64,000 nucleotides of DNA from the IMG/VR virus record IMGVR_UViG_3300005573_000008, positions 5,641-69,640 of that record, one strand, 5' to 3'. A program made the translations under genes and the position numbers. The notes below the pieces were generated by a model, which saw nothing but the letters and a program-made list of their open reading frames with translations, did not search any database and was not told the DNA's origin. This DNA is from a virus (lineage: Duplodnaviria > Caudoviricetes). Below, one piece after another: positions 37,938-46,828 of this stretch. Numbering within the stretch: position 1 is the stretch's first letter; every line of letters starts with the position of its first letter.

Positions 37938-37976
37938 CTCGATCGCCTCCGTTCTCTAACGCCCTTCATCCTCCTT

Positions 37977-38006
37977 ATTGTACACTATTGAGCAAATAAC
38001 TGTCAA
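37977..38006 (-). promoter_or_regulatory. Leftward early promoter
   Basis: Minus strand TTGACA (38006-38001), 18 bp, TACAAT (37982-37977), then AAGGAGG. Confidence 0.65.
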
Positions 38007-38045
38007 GTATTTGTCAATATAACATGATTATTTCGTGCAAGTCCG

Positions 38046-38054
38046 TGTTATACT
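38046..38054 (+). promoter_or_regulatory. Extended -10 promoter for the Cro-like gene
   Basis: TGtTATACT at 38046-38054, upstream of the RBS GGAGG. Confidence 0.55.
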
Positions 38055-38092
38055 TGCGTCAAGTGTAACGCAACCGCCGAATGGAGGAATAG

Positions 38093-38332
38093 ATGCCGCG
38101 ATCGAGGGGATTCGAGCTGCCGCTCTTGAGCAAATGGCGCACATACCGCGTGATGAGCATGACCGAGCTGGCAGAGCGCAGCGGACTGGCGCTGAGCGTG
38201 ATCTCTCGCCTGGAGCATGGCGCCCGGGCCAGCACACCAACGATTGACAAGCTTTGCCAGGCGCTCGACATCAACCGCCAGCAGCTGCTCCATGAGGATC
38301 CCACCACCCCAAAACCTGAAGCCGCGGCCTAG
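38093..38332 (+). CDS. XRE/Cro-like HTH regulator
   Basis: LSKWRTYRVMSMTELAERSGLALSVISRLEHG...TIDKLCQAL. Confidence 0.85.
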   Translation: MPRSRGFELPLLSKWRTYRVMSMTELAERSGLALSVISRLEHGARASTPTIDKLCQALDINRQQLLHEDPTTPKPEAAA

Positions 38333-38940
38333 CGTCGCGGCATTCCGCCCGAAGCGTCAACGAACACCCTCCGGTTCTCCTGGAGCGCGTGCTCGATCTC
38401 ACGCCGGCGCTGCCCTCGGCCAATGAGTGCGTGTCGGACCTCCTCAGTCTCTTGACAGATGCGGCACGTAGGCTCATGTGCGAGCTGGCGCACGACGATC
38501 GTCCCGCCCGCCGCCTCACCCACGAAACGCGCAGACCGCCAGTGCACATGCTGCGGGGCGAGCGAAGCTGCTACACCCAATAGGCAGCCGCGCAACTGCT
38601 CGCCCCGCAGCAGATCCACCGGGCGCACATCCGGCGCGGCGAGCCGCTCGAGCACACGCAAGGCGAGGAGCACTCGCGGTGGTGTGTTCGGGCTATGGTT
38701 CATGCAGCCCACGACCAGCAACTGCCGGTCGGCGTGCGGCTCGATTCCTCCGTAGTGCCACAGCTCGGCATCACTGGCGAACTGCAGATACACCTGGTAT
38801 GTTCTGCGAGCAATGCTCAGCGCGAGGTCGAGCGCATCGAGTGTTGTTTCTGCTTCCGCCTGCAGGTCCCGCATGAGGTGCGCGGGCTGCCGCCCACGTC
38901 TGTCTCCACCTGGATGATGACGCCGTCTCTTTCTCGTCAT
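38329..38940 (-). CDS. Hypothetical protein
   Basis: RBS AAGGGTGAGG; 203 aa; C-terminal HEPTCRIC possible metal site. Confidence 0.6.
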   Translation of the reverse strand: MTRKRRRHHPGGDRRGRQPAHLMRDLQAEAETTLDALDLALSIARRTYQVYLQFASDAELWHYGGIEPHADRQLLVVGCMNHSPNTPPRVLLALRVLERLAAPDVRPVDLLRGEQLRGCLLGVAASLAPQHVHWRSARFVGEAAGGTIVVRQLAHEPTCRICQETEEVRHALIGRGQRRREIEHALQENRRVFVDASGGMPRR

Positions 38941-38980
38941 CGCCTCACCCTTGCCGCTATGCGTGTCATGCTCTACTGCG

Positions 38981-39046
38981 TCATGTTACGCGTAACATGA
39001 TAAGAACGCAACAGATAGCCCGAATGTCATGTCATGCGTAACATGG
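38981..39046. promoter_or_regulatory. Tandem palindromic operators
   Basis: Perfect TCATGTTACGCGTAACATGA (38981-39000) and a 17/20 copy (39027-39046) between divergent genes. Confidence 0.7.
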
Positions 39047-39121
39047 TCGTGTCATCCGTCACACCATGGTGTAGACTGACACACAACGGACACATCCGTA
39101 CAAGTATAGAAGAGGGATCTC

Positions 39122-39850
39122 ATGCCCGACATGCCTACAGCGGTTGACCAACAAGCGATGGACCAGCACGTGCCGGCGCGTCATCTCTCGGAGGAGCAGA
39201 TGCAGTTGTGGCGGGCGTGGTTGCGCGCGCAACTCATCCGCCACCAGTACGCCGCGCTCGGACCTGGCAACAAAGTCCGCTACTACCTGAGCGCGCTCGC
39301 GCGTGACATCCCCGAAGCGCTGCGACGCAGGGGCGAGGAGAATCCCACGCCGGTCTCGATCGAGACACTGCGCAATGTGATCTATCGCTCGGCGATTCCG
39401 ACACACAATACCGCGCGAGGTCTGGCCGCGGTCTTCGGCATATCTGAGATCGCGATCCTGCTGCGCTCAGGCCAGCTCGACTGGGACGCTGTTACGCCAC
39501 TGCTGGGACCCGCACCAGCACTCCTGCGTTCCGAAGAAGAACATCAGCGTACACTGGAACGCTTGCAGACGGACATGCCGGACCCGGCCTTCCGCGCGCA
39601 AATTGCCAATCTCCTCGATCGCGAGTGGCGCTTCAGCCAGTGGCTCGCGGCCAAGCTCAGATGGTTGGGGATCTCCGAGGCGGAGTGGGAGGCAATCCGG
39701 CAGGACTTGAACAGCCCGGCCGGCAGGCGGCGCCTTAGCCGGGCTCTCTTCGCCCCAGACGCCGCCACCGACCATGAGGACAATGAGAACGATGAGGATG
39801 ACCCAGCCCTGCCGGACGAGTTTTTTGATCGGTCTAAAAATACTAGGTAA
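39122..39850 (+). CDS. Divergent XRE-like HTH regulator
   Basis: VSIETLRNVIYRSAIPTHNTARGLAAVFGISEIAILLRSG resembles XRE helices 3-5; acidic tail. Confidence 0.6.
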   Translation: MPDMPTAVDQQAMDQHVPARHLSEEQMQLWRAWLRAQLIRHQYAALGPGNKVRYYLSALARDIPEALRRRGEENPTPVSIETLRNVIYRSAIPTHNTARGLAAVFGISEIAILLRSGQLDWDAVTPLLGPAPALLRSEEEHQRTLERLQTDMPDPAFRAQIANLLDREWRFSQWLAAKLRWLGISEAEWEAIRQDLNSPAGRRRLSRALFAPDAATDHEDNENDEDDPALPDEFFDRSKNTR

Positions 39851-39974
39851 AACTACGTAGCAGCCGGCCCTACCGGGAATGCACGAACTTTGTCCACTTG
39901 CCCGTACACAGGCAGTGTGCTATTGTGCCGCCATCAGGATTTGATGAGCTCACTACGGGAAGGAGACGAGCGCA

Positions 39975-41297
39975 ATGGCAACATTGCACGCGTGGCCCGG
40001 TGGCGATGACTTCGACGACGGCAAGGACGACCCACACAACCAGCATTCCCTTGAAAGCGGCCCACTTGGCCCAATCGATCAGGCTACCGGGGAGCTGGAC
40101 AGAAGACTCACTCGCCGCTGGTCTGAACCGCTGCAACGACAGACCGACGAAGTGGAAGTACTCTCAGCGCTAGATGCCGATCTTGTCCGCCGTTTTCTGG
40201 CGCCACCTCCTCAAGAGCCTGAGTTTTTGGGCACGCGCCAGCTGCCACCGCTGCCAGCTCTGCCAGACCTGCCGCCTGCCCCGGTTGCTGCTGTGCCGCA
40301 CCTGCACGCGCTACGTGTGACCCACGAGCCCTCAGGCCAACGCGCACAGCCAGCCATTGCCGTCGCAACGCCACCTCCGAGCGCCCGGCCACGCCTGCGC
40401 GCTGTTCCGCTCACTGCCGCGCCGCCCCCAGCCACAGCGCCGCTCAATGTCACGCGTCTGGTGACGCACAGCTTTCACATTGCCATGCGTGCTGACTTTC
40501 TGCCGCCGTCCGTTCTGGCCATGATGGATATCCCGCACCGGCGTATCTGGCTGGCGCCGGCGCTCGCACCTGTCCAGTCGACAGGCAGTGAGTGGGGTGA
40601 TTACGCGACCCGACTTGAGCGGGCCATCGAGGCGCGTCCCTTCACCCGTTATTTGCTGGCGACGCTCTGGACGCGCTGGTACTGCGAGCCGCCCGCGGAG
40701 GCACCACACGCACAGACGCTGATCGCGACGTTCGCGCCCGCCGATGGGCTGACGCAACACACGTGGCAGCGCTGGCACGGCGACTATTACACGTGGCTCT
40801 GGAACCGGACCAATACGCTGGTCGCCACGCATGACAGGCTCGACCTGCTCACCATGAGCTATCTCTCGCTCGGTGATGTGCTGCCCTACGAGGTTCCCAC
40901 CCTTGGGCCCGCGCGTGTTCACGCGGTACAACGCCACGCGCTGCGTGTCCTGCCGGCGCTACGGGCAGCGTGCCACACTCCGGATGAGTTCCTGCGCGCG
41001 GCGTGGAACCACTACGGCGATTACCTGGCGCGGTCGATGGCTCTACCGCGCGCAATCGTCACGGGTCGCCTGGAGCAGGATACGCTGCGGATCCGCACCA
41101 GCACGGATCTGTGTGACCTTACCGATGCACTCCTCGCGGAATCGCCCGAACTGGGGGCATGGCGCGACCAGGTGGCACGCTCCGCGGGGCTTTATGGGGA
41201 AACTTCACCGCACGGCGTCTATCGCACCGCCGCTCAGCGCGTGGCGCTCTGGCTCGCGGAGCCGTCGTACCTGCTGCACTATCCACGCTTCCCATAG
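39975..41297 (+). CDS. Uncharacterised 440-aa protein (Pro-rich N-terminus, Trp/Tyr-rich globular C-domain)
   Basis: RBS GGAG; long ORF with phage-like codon use; no motif recognised with confidence. Confidence 0.65.
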   Translation: MATLHAWPGGDDFDDGKDDPHNQHSLESGPLGPIDQATGELDRRLTRRWSEPLQRQTDEVEVLSALDADLVRRFLAPPPQEPEFLGTRQLPPLPALPDLPPAPVAAVPHLHALRVTHEPSGQRAQPAIAVATPPPSARPRLRAVPLTAAPPPATAPLNVTRLVTHSFHIAMRADFLPPSVLAMMDIPHRRIWLAPALAPVQSTGSEWGDYATRLERAIEARPFTRYLLATLWTRWYCEPPAEAPHAQTLIATFAPADGLTQHTWQRWHGDYYTWLWNRTNTLVATHDRLDLLTMSYLSLGDVLPYEVPTLGPARVHAVQRHALRVLPALRAACHTPDEFLRAAWNHYGDYLARSMALPRAIVTGRLEQDTLRIRTSTDLCDLTDALLAESPELGAWRDQVARSAGLYGETSPHGVYRTAAQRVALWLAEPSYLLHYPRFP

Positions 41298-41920
41298 AAG
41301 CGACGCGTGCCCTTGCCCGTTTCCGGTGTCCGTCGTCGCTTCCGTATCTCTTCGCGCGCCGCCTCAACCTCGGTCTGCGCCTCATGCAATGACTGGTCCA
41401 GGGCGATCTCATCTTCAGCGCTGCGCTCGCGTTGCGGCAGTTCGCGCACGTTTCCAGGCAGCGCTTCAGCAAAAACTCCATGGGCCATGTAGCCGCTGTA
41501 GCGCACGATCTCACCACGCGTCGAAGGTGGCGCCGCGCGGTAGTTCCGAAGGAGAATCTGCTCGTCCTCCGTGAGGTCAGTACCGCCGGCCGGTGGATAG
41601 ACGTCCGGGAGCTCGTACCCACCACGCAGGAGGATGTAGAGCAACGCGATGGCATCCACCTCATTGCGTTCGGTCCGCGTCTCCAGCCGCGAAATGCGCC
41701 CGACGGACAGCTTGATACCATCGGCTTCCGCCGCATGCACGAGCGCCATCATGCTCTCGTGATTGGCCTGCCGTGCCGCCCGCGTCATGCGGTTCCAGCG
41801 GCGCAGGAGCGACCCGTCGTTGACGGCCTGGGCAAATGCGCGCGCCGCCAGAGGATGGGGAGCGGCAGGTGGGATTTCATCAAGACCGTGCCGTTGCGGT
41901 CGTGTCGACTGATCGGACAT
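41279..41920 (-). CDS. CI-like XRE repressor
   Basis: RBS GGGAG before ATG 41920; LSVGRISRLET HTH and LTEDEQILLRNYR C-terminal motif; divergent from the early right operon. Confidence 0.65.
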   Translation of the reverse strand: MSDQSTRPQRHGLDEIPPAAPHPLAARAFAQAVNDGSLLRRWNRMTRAARQANHESMMALVHAAEADGIKLSVGRISRLETRTERNEVDAIALLYILLRGGYELPDVYPPAGGTDLTEDEQILLRNYRAAPPSTRGEIVRYSGYMAHGVFAEALPGNVRELPQRERSAEDEIALDQSLHEAQTEVEAAREEIRKRRRTPETGKGTRRFYGKRG

Positions 41921-42114
41921 GATGGTCTGCTCCCTCGCTTCCGTCTGGTCGCTATTGATACCGCTGGTACTATACCAGTTTTCGCTGGTAGTAACAAGTA
42001 CCATGCCGCACACACACATTACGGGAATACGTCTTGCCATTAAGGGAATGCAGTGATATACTTCAGTGGACGCCTGCATCTTCAGGTGCATTCGGATGGT
42101 AGGAGGCAAGGCTC

Positions 42115-42303
42115 ATGCGAAAGGTAGAGGCGAAGAAGGCGAAGAAGGCAGGACAAAAGCCGGTTTCGGGCACGTTTCCCGTTGCGCTCTATGACCGGCT
42201 CAGGGCCACCGCCAAGCGTGAAAATCGGTCGATCATCGGCCAGCTGCGGCACATTGTCGAGCAGTATTACGAGCACGAGGACGCGGCCCGCAACATCGCC
42301 TAG
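42115..42303 (+). CDS. Arc-like ribbon-helix-helix regulator
   Basis: GTFPVALYDRLRATAKRENRSIIGQLRHIVE. Confidence 0.75.
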   Translation: MRKVEAKKAKKAGQKPVSGTFPVALYDRLRATAKRENRSIIGQLRHIVEQYYEHEDAARNIA

Positions 42304-42363
42304 TAGCGTGCCGCCGTCGTTCCCCTGAGGGATCAATTCACACCCACAAAGAAGGAGGAGGTC

Positions 42364-42603
42364 ATGGCCCACGTTACACCGATCGCGGAGACCGGTCGAA
42401 GGGACGCGATCGAGACGCTTGAGCGCTCGATCAAGCAGGCCGAACAGATCCGCCGCGATCTCGCGTCCACCTACGCGTTCGCCGACGGTGGCTCCGATGA
42501 GGAGCACGAGCTCGGTGAATGCCTGACGAAGATCCGCGCCGCGCTTCGGCAGATGCGTAAGTCCACCGGCGAGCTGGCGCAGGGCAAGTTAGGGCTGGAG
42601 TAG
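42364..42603 (+). CDS. Hypothetical protein
   Basis: RBS AGGAGG; 79 aa helical. Confidence 0.65.
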   Translation: MAHVTPIAETGRRDAIETLERSIKQAEQIRRDLASTYAFADGGSDEEHELGECLTKIRAALRQMRKSTGELAQGKLGLE

Positions 42604-42656
42604 TCGACAAACACCCAGTGCAGTTCGTGCTCGCAAGAGCAAGGGGGAGCATCGCC

Positions 42657-43352
42657 ATGTCCACAGCGCAACTCGCGGGCCGCCCGATACAGGGCCGCCC
42701 ATCTGGCAACCCCCGCATCAGTCTGGTCGTGAAGGGCCACCCGGTCTCCGTGAACCGCGCATATGGCAATGTGCGCACATATGGGCGCAAGCGGTTGACC
42801 GAGGAGGCCGCGATCTGGCGCGATTTCGTGCGGTCGGCGGTCATGACCTGGCGCGAAGATCACGGCTATCCGGTGGCCGGGCCACTGGAGCTGCGCACGC
42901 CCCTCACAGTGAAGTGCATCTTTGTCGGCGTGCGTGGCGACGCCGACAACTACCTCAAGCTGACTCTCGATGGTCTCAAGATGGGTCTCGCGATCGACGA
43001 CCGCGAGTTCGCCCACGTCGAAGCGGAGATGTTCCGCCGTTCCAGGAATTCGGTCATGCAGGGCTGCCTCATCGACATCTGGGAGCACACAGAGCCGGCT
43101 GACGACCATCCTGATCACGCGTTTGATGACGAGCCGCTCCAGCAGGTCACGGTCTTCTCGGCGTTAGCATACGACTCCGTGGTGATCGCCGTGCCCGCAG
43201 TGCCTCGCCTCGCGACGCGGCAATACGGCCTCTTCATCACCATTGAACACGCGCGTGACCTCTACGCGGCGCTCGGTAACATGCTTCAGGATCTGGATCG
43301 CCCGGGTGGGCTTACGACGGACAAGACATGGGTGAAGGATGGTGCGGCATGA
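42657..43352 (+). CDS. rusA: RusA-family Holliday junction resolvase with C-terminal extension
   Basis: P.SVNRAY...GDADNYLKLTLDGL...IDDREF (D.DN..K...D.L...DD motif). Confidence 0.8.
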   Translation: MSTAQLAGRPIQGRPSGNPRISLVVKGHPVSVNRAYGNVRTYGRKRLTEEAAIWRDFVRSAVMTWREDHGYPVAGPLELRTPLTVKCIFVGVRGDADNYLKLTLDGLKMGLAIDDREFAHVEAEMFRRSRNSVMQGCLIDIWEHTEPADDHPDHAFDDEPLQQVTVFSALAYDSVVIAVPAVPRLATRQYGLFITIEHARDLYAALGNMLQDLDRPGGLTTDKTWVKDGAA

Positions 43353-43552
43353 AGGCATGGTATGTCTGGCTGCTGACGACGCTGGGTTTCGTCGGCGATT
43401 ACGTCGTCGGCCGTGTCGGCATCGGCTACAAACTGGACGGCCCGACCGGATTCGGCCTGCTCGCCACGCAGGCGATATTCCTGTGCGGCGCGTGGCTCTG
43501 GCGCACCTATCGCGTTCGGATTGAGCGAAAAGAGGCGAGCCGTGGCTGGTAA
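43349..43552 (+). CDS. Small two-TM membrane protein
   Basis: Two hydrophobic segments; ATGA coupling. Confidence 0.55.
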   Translation: MKAWYVWLLTTLGFVGDYVVGRVGIGYKLDGPTGFGLLATQAIFLCGAWLWRTYRVRIERKEASRGW

Positions 43553-44450
43553 GACTGGTATCCAATGGACGGCGGCTGATGATGGCACACCGGGGATGAC
43601 GTGGAATCCTGTGGTGGGCTGCAAGCGGGTCAGTGCGGGCTGTGATCATTGTTACGCGTTCGATCTGCACGACAAGCGGCACATCGCGTGGAAGCGGGGC
43701 CGCTGGGATAGCGCGCCCGTCCAATATCACCAGCCGTTTAGCACCGTCCAACTCATGCCGGCGCGGCTGGCAGACCCGCTGCACTGGCGCATGCCGAAGC
43801 GCGTCTTCGTCAACTCGATGAGCGATCTCTTCCATGAGAGTGTGCCGGAGGAGTTCATCTGGCGTGTCTGGGAGGTGATGCTGCGTACACCGCAGCACAC
43901 CTATCAGATTCTGACGAAGCGGCCAGAGCGGATGCGCGACCTGCTCACGCGCAGGGAGCCGCTGCCGAATGTCTGGCTGGGCGTCTCCGTCGAGAACCAG
44001 CAGACGGCAGATGAGCGCATTCCGCTGTTGCTCCAGACACCCGCCGCAGTGCGCTTCCTCAGTTGCGAGCCATTGCTGGGGCCGGTGGACATTGAGCGCT
44101 ATCTCGTGAAGTCACGGCCATATGCGCCTGCATTCGGCTGTGACGCACAGGCGGTGGCGCCTCATGATGCGCCACGACTGCACTGGGTCATCATCGGTGG
44201 TGAGTCAGGATCTCACGCCCGACCGATGGATCTGGAATGGGCACGGTCGCTGATTCGGCAGTGTCGCAGCCCGATGGTGAGCGCATTTGTTTCGCCCTTC
44301 GTGAAGCAACTCGGCACCGTCTGGGCGCGTGAGCACCATGCGCACGATCATCACGGCGGCGACTTGTCAGAGTGGCCGGTGGATCTGCGTATCCGGGAAT
44401 TTCCGGCCAACACGAAGGGTTGGCTGGTGGTGAAAGGATACGAGCAATGA
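43542..44450 (+). CDS. DUF5131 / Gp37Gp68-family protein (radical-SAM-like)
   Basis: TWNPVVGCKRVSAGCDHCYA, VFVNSMSDLFH, QILTKRPER, WLGVSVENQ, FLSCEPLLG, WVIIGGESG. Confidence 0.9.
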   Translation: MAGKTGIQWTAADDGTPGMTWNPVVGCKRVSAGCDHCYAFDLHDKRHIAWKRGRWDSAPVQYHQPFSTVQLMPARLADPLHWRMPKRVFVNSMSDLFHESVPEEFIWRVWEVMLRTPQHTYQILTKRPERMRDLLTRREPLPNVWLGVSVENQQTADERIPLLLQTPAAVRFLSCEPLLGPVDIERYLVKSRPYAPAFGCDAQAVAPHDAPRLHWVIIGGESGSHARPMDLEWARSLIRQCRSPMVSAFVSPFVKQLGTVWAREHHAHDHHGGDLSEWPVDLRIREFPANTKGWLVVKGYEQ

Positions 44451-44668
44451 GTGAGTTCGCTATTGGAGAACATGTGCGCGTCGTCGGCGATGACCTCCAT
44501 CGGCGCCGCACCGGCGTCATCGTCGATCAGGTCAGCGTGGGCAAGCTGGCGGACGATCCACGGTTTTACGTCCAGTTCGACGGTGGTTTTGGCCGCGGCT
44601 GGGTGCGTGGCGTCCACCTGGAGCGCGTCGAGGTGCGCGTGTGGACAGGTGCGCAGGGCCGGAAGTGA
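44447..44668 (+). CDS. Small SH3/KOW-like hypothetical protein
   Basis: F.IGEHVRV...G.I...Y.V.FD...W pattern. Confidence 0.5.
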   Translation: MSEFAIGEHVRVVGDDLHRRRTGVIVDQVSVGKLADDPRFYVQFDGGFGRGWVRGVHLERVEVRVWTGAQGRK

Positions 44669-44676
44669 GGTGCGCG

Positions 44677-45252
44677 ATGAGGATTGAGACGACATCACCG
44701 GTGATGAGGACGTTTGCCCGCCAGTGGCAGGGTGCGCTGGACGAGGAGCAGCGGCGGGCGCTAGATGCGGTGATCGCTCAGGCGCCCGTGCGCGTGGACG
44801 AAGAGACAGAGCGGCTCCGCGGGTTGATGGCGCTCGACTGGCTGGTACGCACAGCGGCGCCCGCGTGGTTGCGGCTGGTGCCATCACTGGTGCCCCATGC
44901 CGAGCAGTTGGAGCAATTGCCCGATCTGACCGGCGCGGCGGTGAGCGCGGTGGTGAGCGCGGTGGTGCGAGATGCCAATGATGCCGCCAGAAATGCGGCG
45001 ATGGCTGCCGCCAGAGCTGCGGCCTGGGCTGCCGCCAGAGCTGCGGCCTGGGCTGCCACGTGGGATGCGGCGGTGGCTGCCGCCAGAGCTGCGGCGTGGA
45101 ATGCCGCCTGGGCTGCCGCGTGGGATGCGACGTTGGCTGCCGCGTGGGCGGCCGCCAGAGCTGTCGCCAAAGATGCCGCGGCGCTGGCGCCGACGGTGGC
45201 GACGTTGCAAGCGTCGGCGCTAGACCTGCTCCGGCGGATGAGCGCCGCGTGA
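44677..45252 (+). CDS. Hypothetical protein with Ala/Trp/Arg (AAARAAAW) repeats
   Basis: 24-bp tandem GCTGCCGCCAGAGCTGCGGCCTGG-like units at about 45003-45160. Confidence 0.65.
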   Translation: MRIETTSPVMRTFARQWQGALDEEQRRALDAVIAQAPVRVDEETERLRGLMALDWLVRTAAPAWLRLVPSLVPHAEQLEQLPDLTGAAVSAVVSAVVRDANDAARNAAMAAARAAAWAAARAAAWAATWDAAVAAARAAAWNAAWAAAWDATLAAAWAAARAVAKDAAALAPTVATLQASALDLLRRMSAA

Positions 45253-45271
45253 GATGCGGAAGGGGTGCGCG

Positions 45272-46000
45272 ATGAGCACGAACGTTCCCACGATATCCAA
45301 TCCCTACGCCAGGATTGCGCCCGCGCCGTCCGCGCGCCATGTGTGGACCGAGGATGAAGACTCCTATCTACGTGAGCACTGGGATGGCACGACGGCACAC
45401 ATGCGACTGGTAGGCGACGCGCTCAACATTCCGTGGTACGAGGTGCGCGATCACGCGTTGGAGCTGGGTCTTACCAATCCCATCGATAAGCAGCCAGTGC
45501 CGAAAGGTCACTCTCGCCGCAAGCCGTCGGCTTCCGCCAGCGATCCTGGCGACGACGACGCGGCGCTACGTGCCCTCGATGAAAGCCAGCCGCCGCTTGC
45601 GGCTACCGTCGATGCGACCATGCCAGCGCATGTCTGTCAGGAATGCAGCAACGCGTTCATTCCACGGACCATAGGCCAGCGGTTCTGCTCGCGAGCGTGC
45701 GCCGGCAAGTACGTCGGTAAGCAGCGCCGGTATCACCAGAGCCGGAGCGCGTGCAAGGGCAAGCCAGCGGCACCAACTGCTCCTGCCATGAATGCCAGTC
45801 GTGCAAAGATCCGACGAGCCACCCACATGTGCGGCTTTCGCACGTCAATTCCGACGGCGCTCACAGACCTGCTGCAGATGATGCCCGTAGAGCGGTCGTG
45901 GACACGGCTTCAGCGGCGTCACTGGAAGCGGGCGTTTATGGCGATGGTGGATCTGTTGTGGACGGTGCGCGACGTGCCAGAAGACGAGGTGCTGCCATGA
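45272..46000 (+). CDS. Hypothetical DNA-binding protein (Myb-like WT.EED motif plus C4 finger)
   Basis: WTEDEDSYLREHW; CQECSNAF...RFCSRAC. Confidence 0.55.
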   Translation: MSTNVPTISNPYARIAPAPSARHVWTEDEDSYLREHWDGTTAHMRLVGDALNIPWYEVRDHALELGLTNPIDKQPVPKGHSRRKPSASASDPGDDDAALRALDESQPPLAATVDATMPAHVCQECSNAFIPRTIGQRFCSRACAGKYVGKQRRYHQSRSACKGKPAAPTAPAMNASRAKIRRATHMCGFRTSIPTALTDLLQMMPVERSWTRLQRRHWKRAFMAMVDLLWTVRDVPEDEVLP

Positions 46001-46164
46001 AAGAGCAGGACAGTCCCTATCTGAAGTGTGCGCAGCCGGGCTGCTTGCGGCCGGGCATGGTCATCTGCGAAGAACGACAGCGCAAGCGGGTGCTGCGCGC
46101 GGTCTATTGTGCCAAGCACGCAGCGAGCCGGATGCCGAAGGACGAACAGGAGCAAACGTCATGA
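45997..46164 (+). CDS. Small Cys-rich hypothetical protein
   Basis: CAQPGC...YCAKH; ATGA coupling. Confidence 0.5.
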   Translation: MKEQDSPYLKCAQPGCLRPGMVICEERQRKRVLRAVYCAKHAASRMPKDEQEQTS

Positions 46165-46385
46165 CAGTGCCCTCTGTACGACTGAAGTCGCGCAAAACGG
46201 TCGGCTGCTATTTTCTTGATGATGACGGATATGTGTGGGCAGCGTTTCGAGCGGTCAACCACACGGTGACCTGTGACTGGTGCGGCGCGACCATCACAAG
46301 CGGCTACTGGCGGGGAGACAAGCGGCTACTGGCGGAGCAGCAAGTGTCTGTCTGCGCGACGCATGTGATGCGAGACGATGATTGA
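46161..46385 (+). CDS. Small zinc-binding hypothetical protein
   Basis: CDWC...CATH; ATGA coupling. Confidence 0.5.
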   Translation: MTVPSVRLKSRKTVGCYFLDDDGYVWAAFRAVNHTVTCDWCGATITSGYWRGDKRLLAEQQVSVCATHVMRDDD

Positions 46386-46424
46386 CACGCGGCTCCCAGC
46401 AGCACGCCAAAACGAGGTGAGATC

Positions 46425-46772
46425 ATGAGTGCCAGAACAGCCCCCGCACGTACGGCGACATCCCGTCCGAAACGCGTGGCAGGTGTCACCTGCCGGCGAC
46501 GTGCCGCTCCGGAGGTCGATATTTCGGTCCCGCAGACGCTTCAGGAGATCGAGTATCTGAGCCACCAGCCGATGAAGCTCGGCTCGGCCGTCGTGGATCC
46601 CGCAGCGCAACTGCTGACCGTGCCGGAGGTGGCGAAGCTGTTGCGTCTCTCGCGCGCAACGGTCTACAAGCTGCTGCAGCGCGGTGAGCTGTCATCCTAC
46701 AAGATCGGGGTCGCGCGCCGCATTTCGCTCGCCGCCTTGCAGGCGTATATTAGCTCAACCGGCATCGCTTAA
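46425..46772 (+). CDS. xis: Excisionase-family HTH protein
   Basis: LLTVPEVAKLLRLSRATVYKLLQRGEL.SYKIG..RRI; immediately upstream of the integrase. Confidence 0.85.
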   Translation: MSARTAPARTATSRPKRVAGVTCRRRAAPEVDISVPQTLQEIEYLSHQPMKLGSAVVDPAAQLLTVPEVAKLLRLSRATVYKLLQRGELSSYKIGVARRISLAALQAYISSTGIA

Positions 46773-46828
46773 GTCCCCACTGGTTTCCGCCCTGACTGTT
46801 CTAGTGGATGCCGGCGTAAGGAGTTTGA

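Noticed and set aside
39870-40136. Minus-strand Cys-containing ORF
   Set aside because: Overlaps the start of the 440-aa plus-strand gene and has no RBS; likely spurious.
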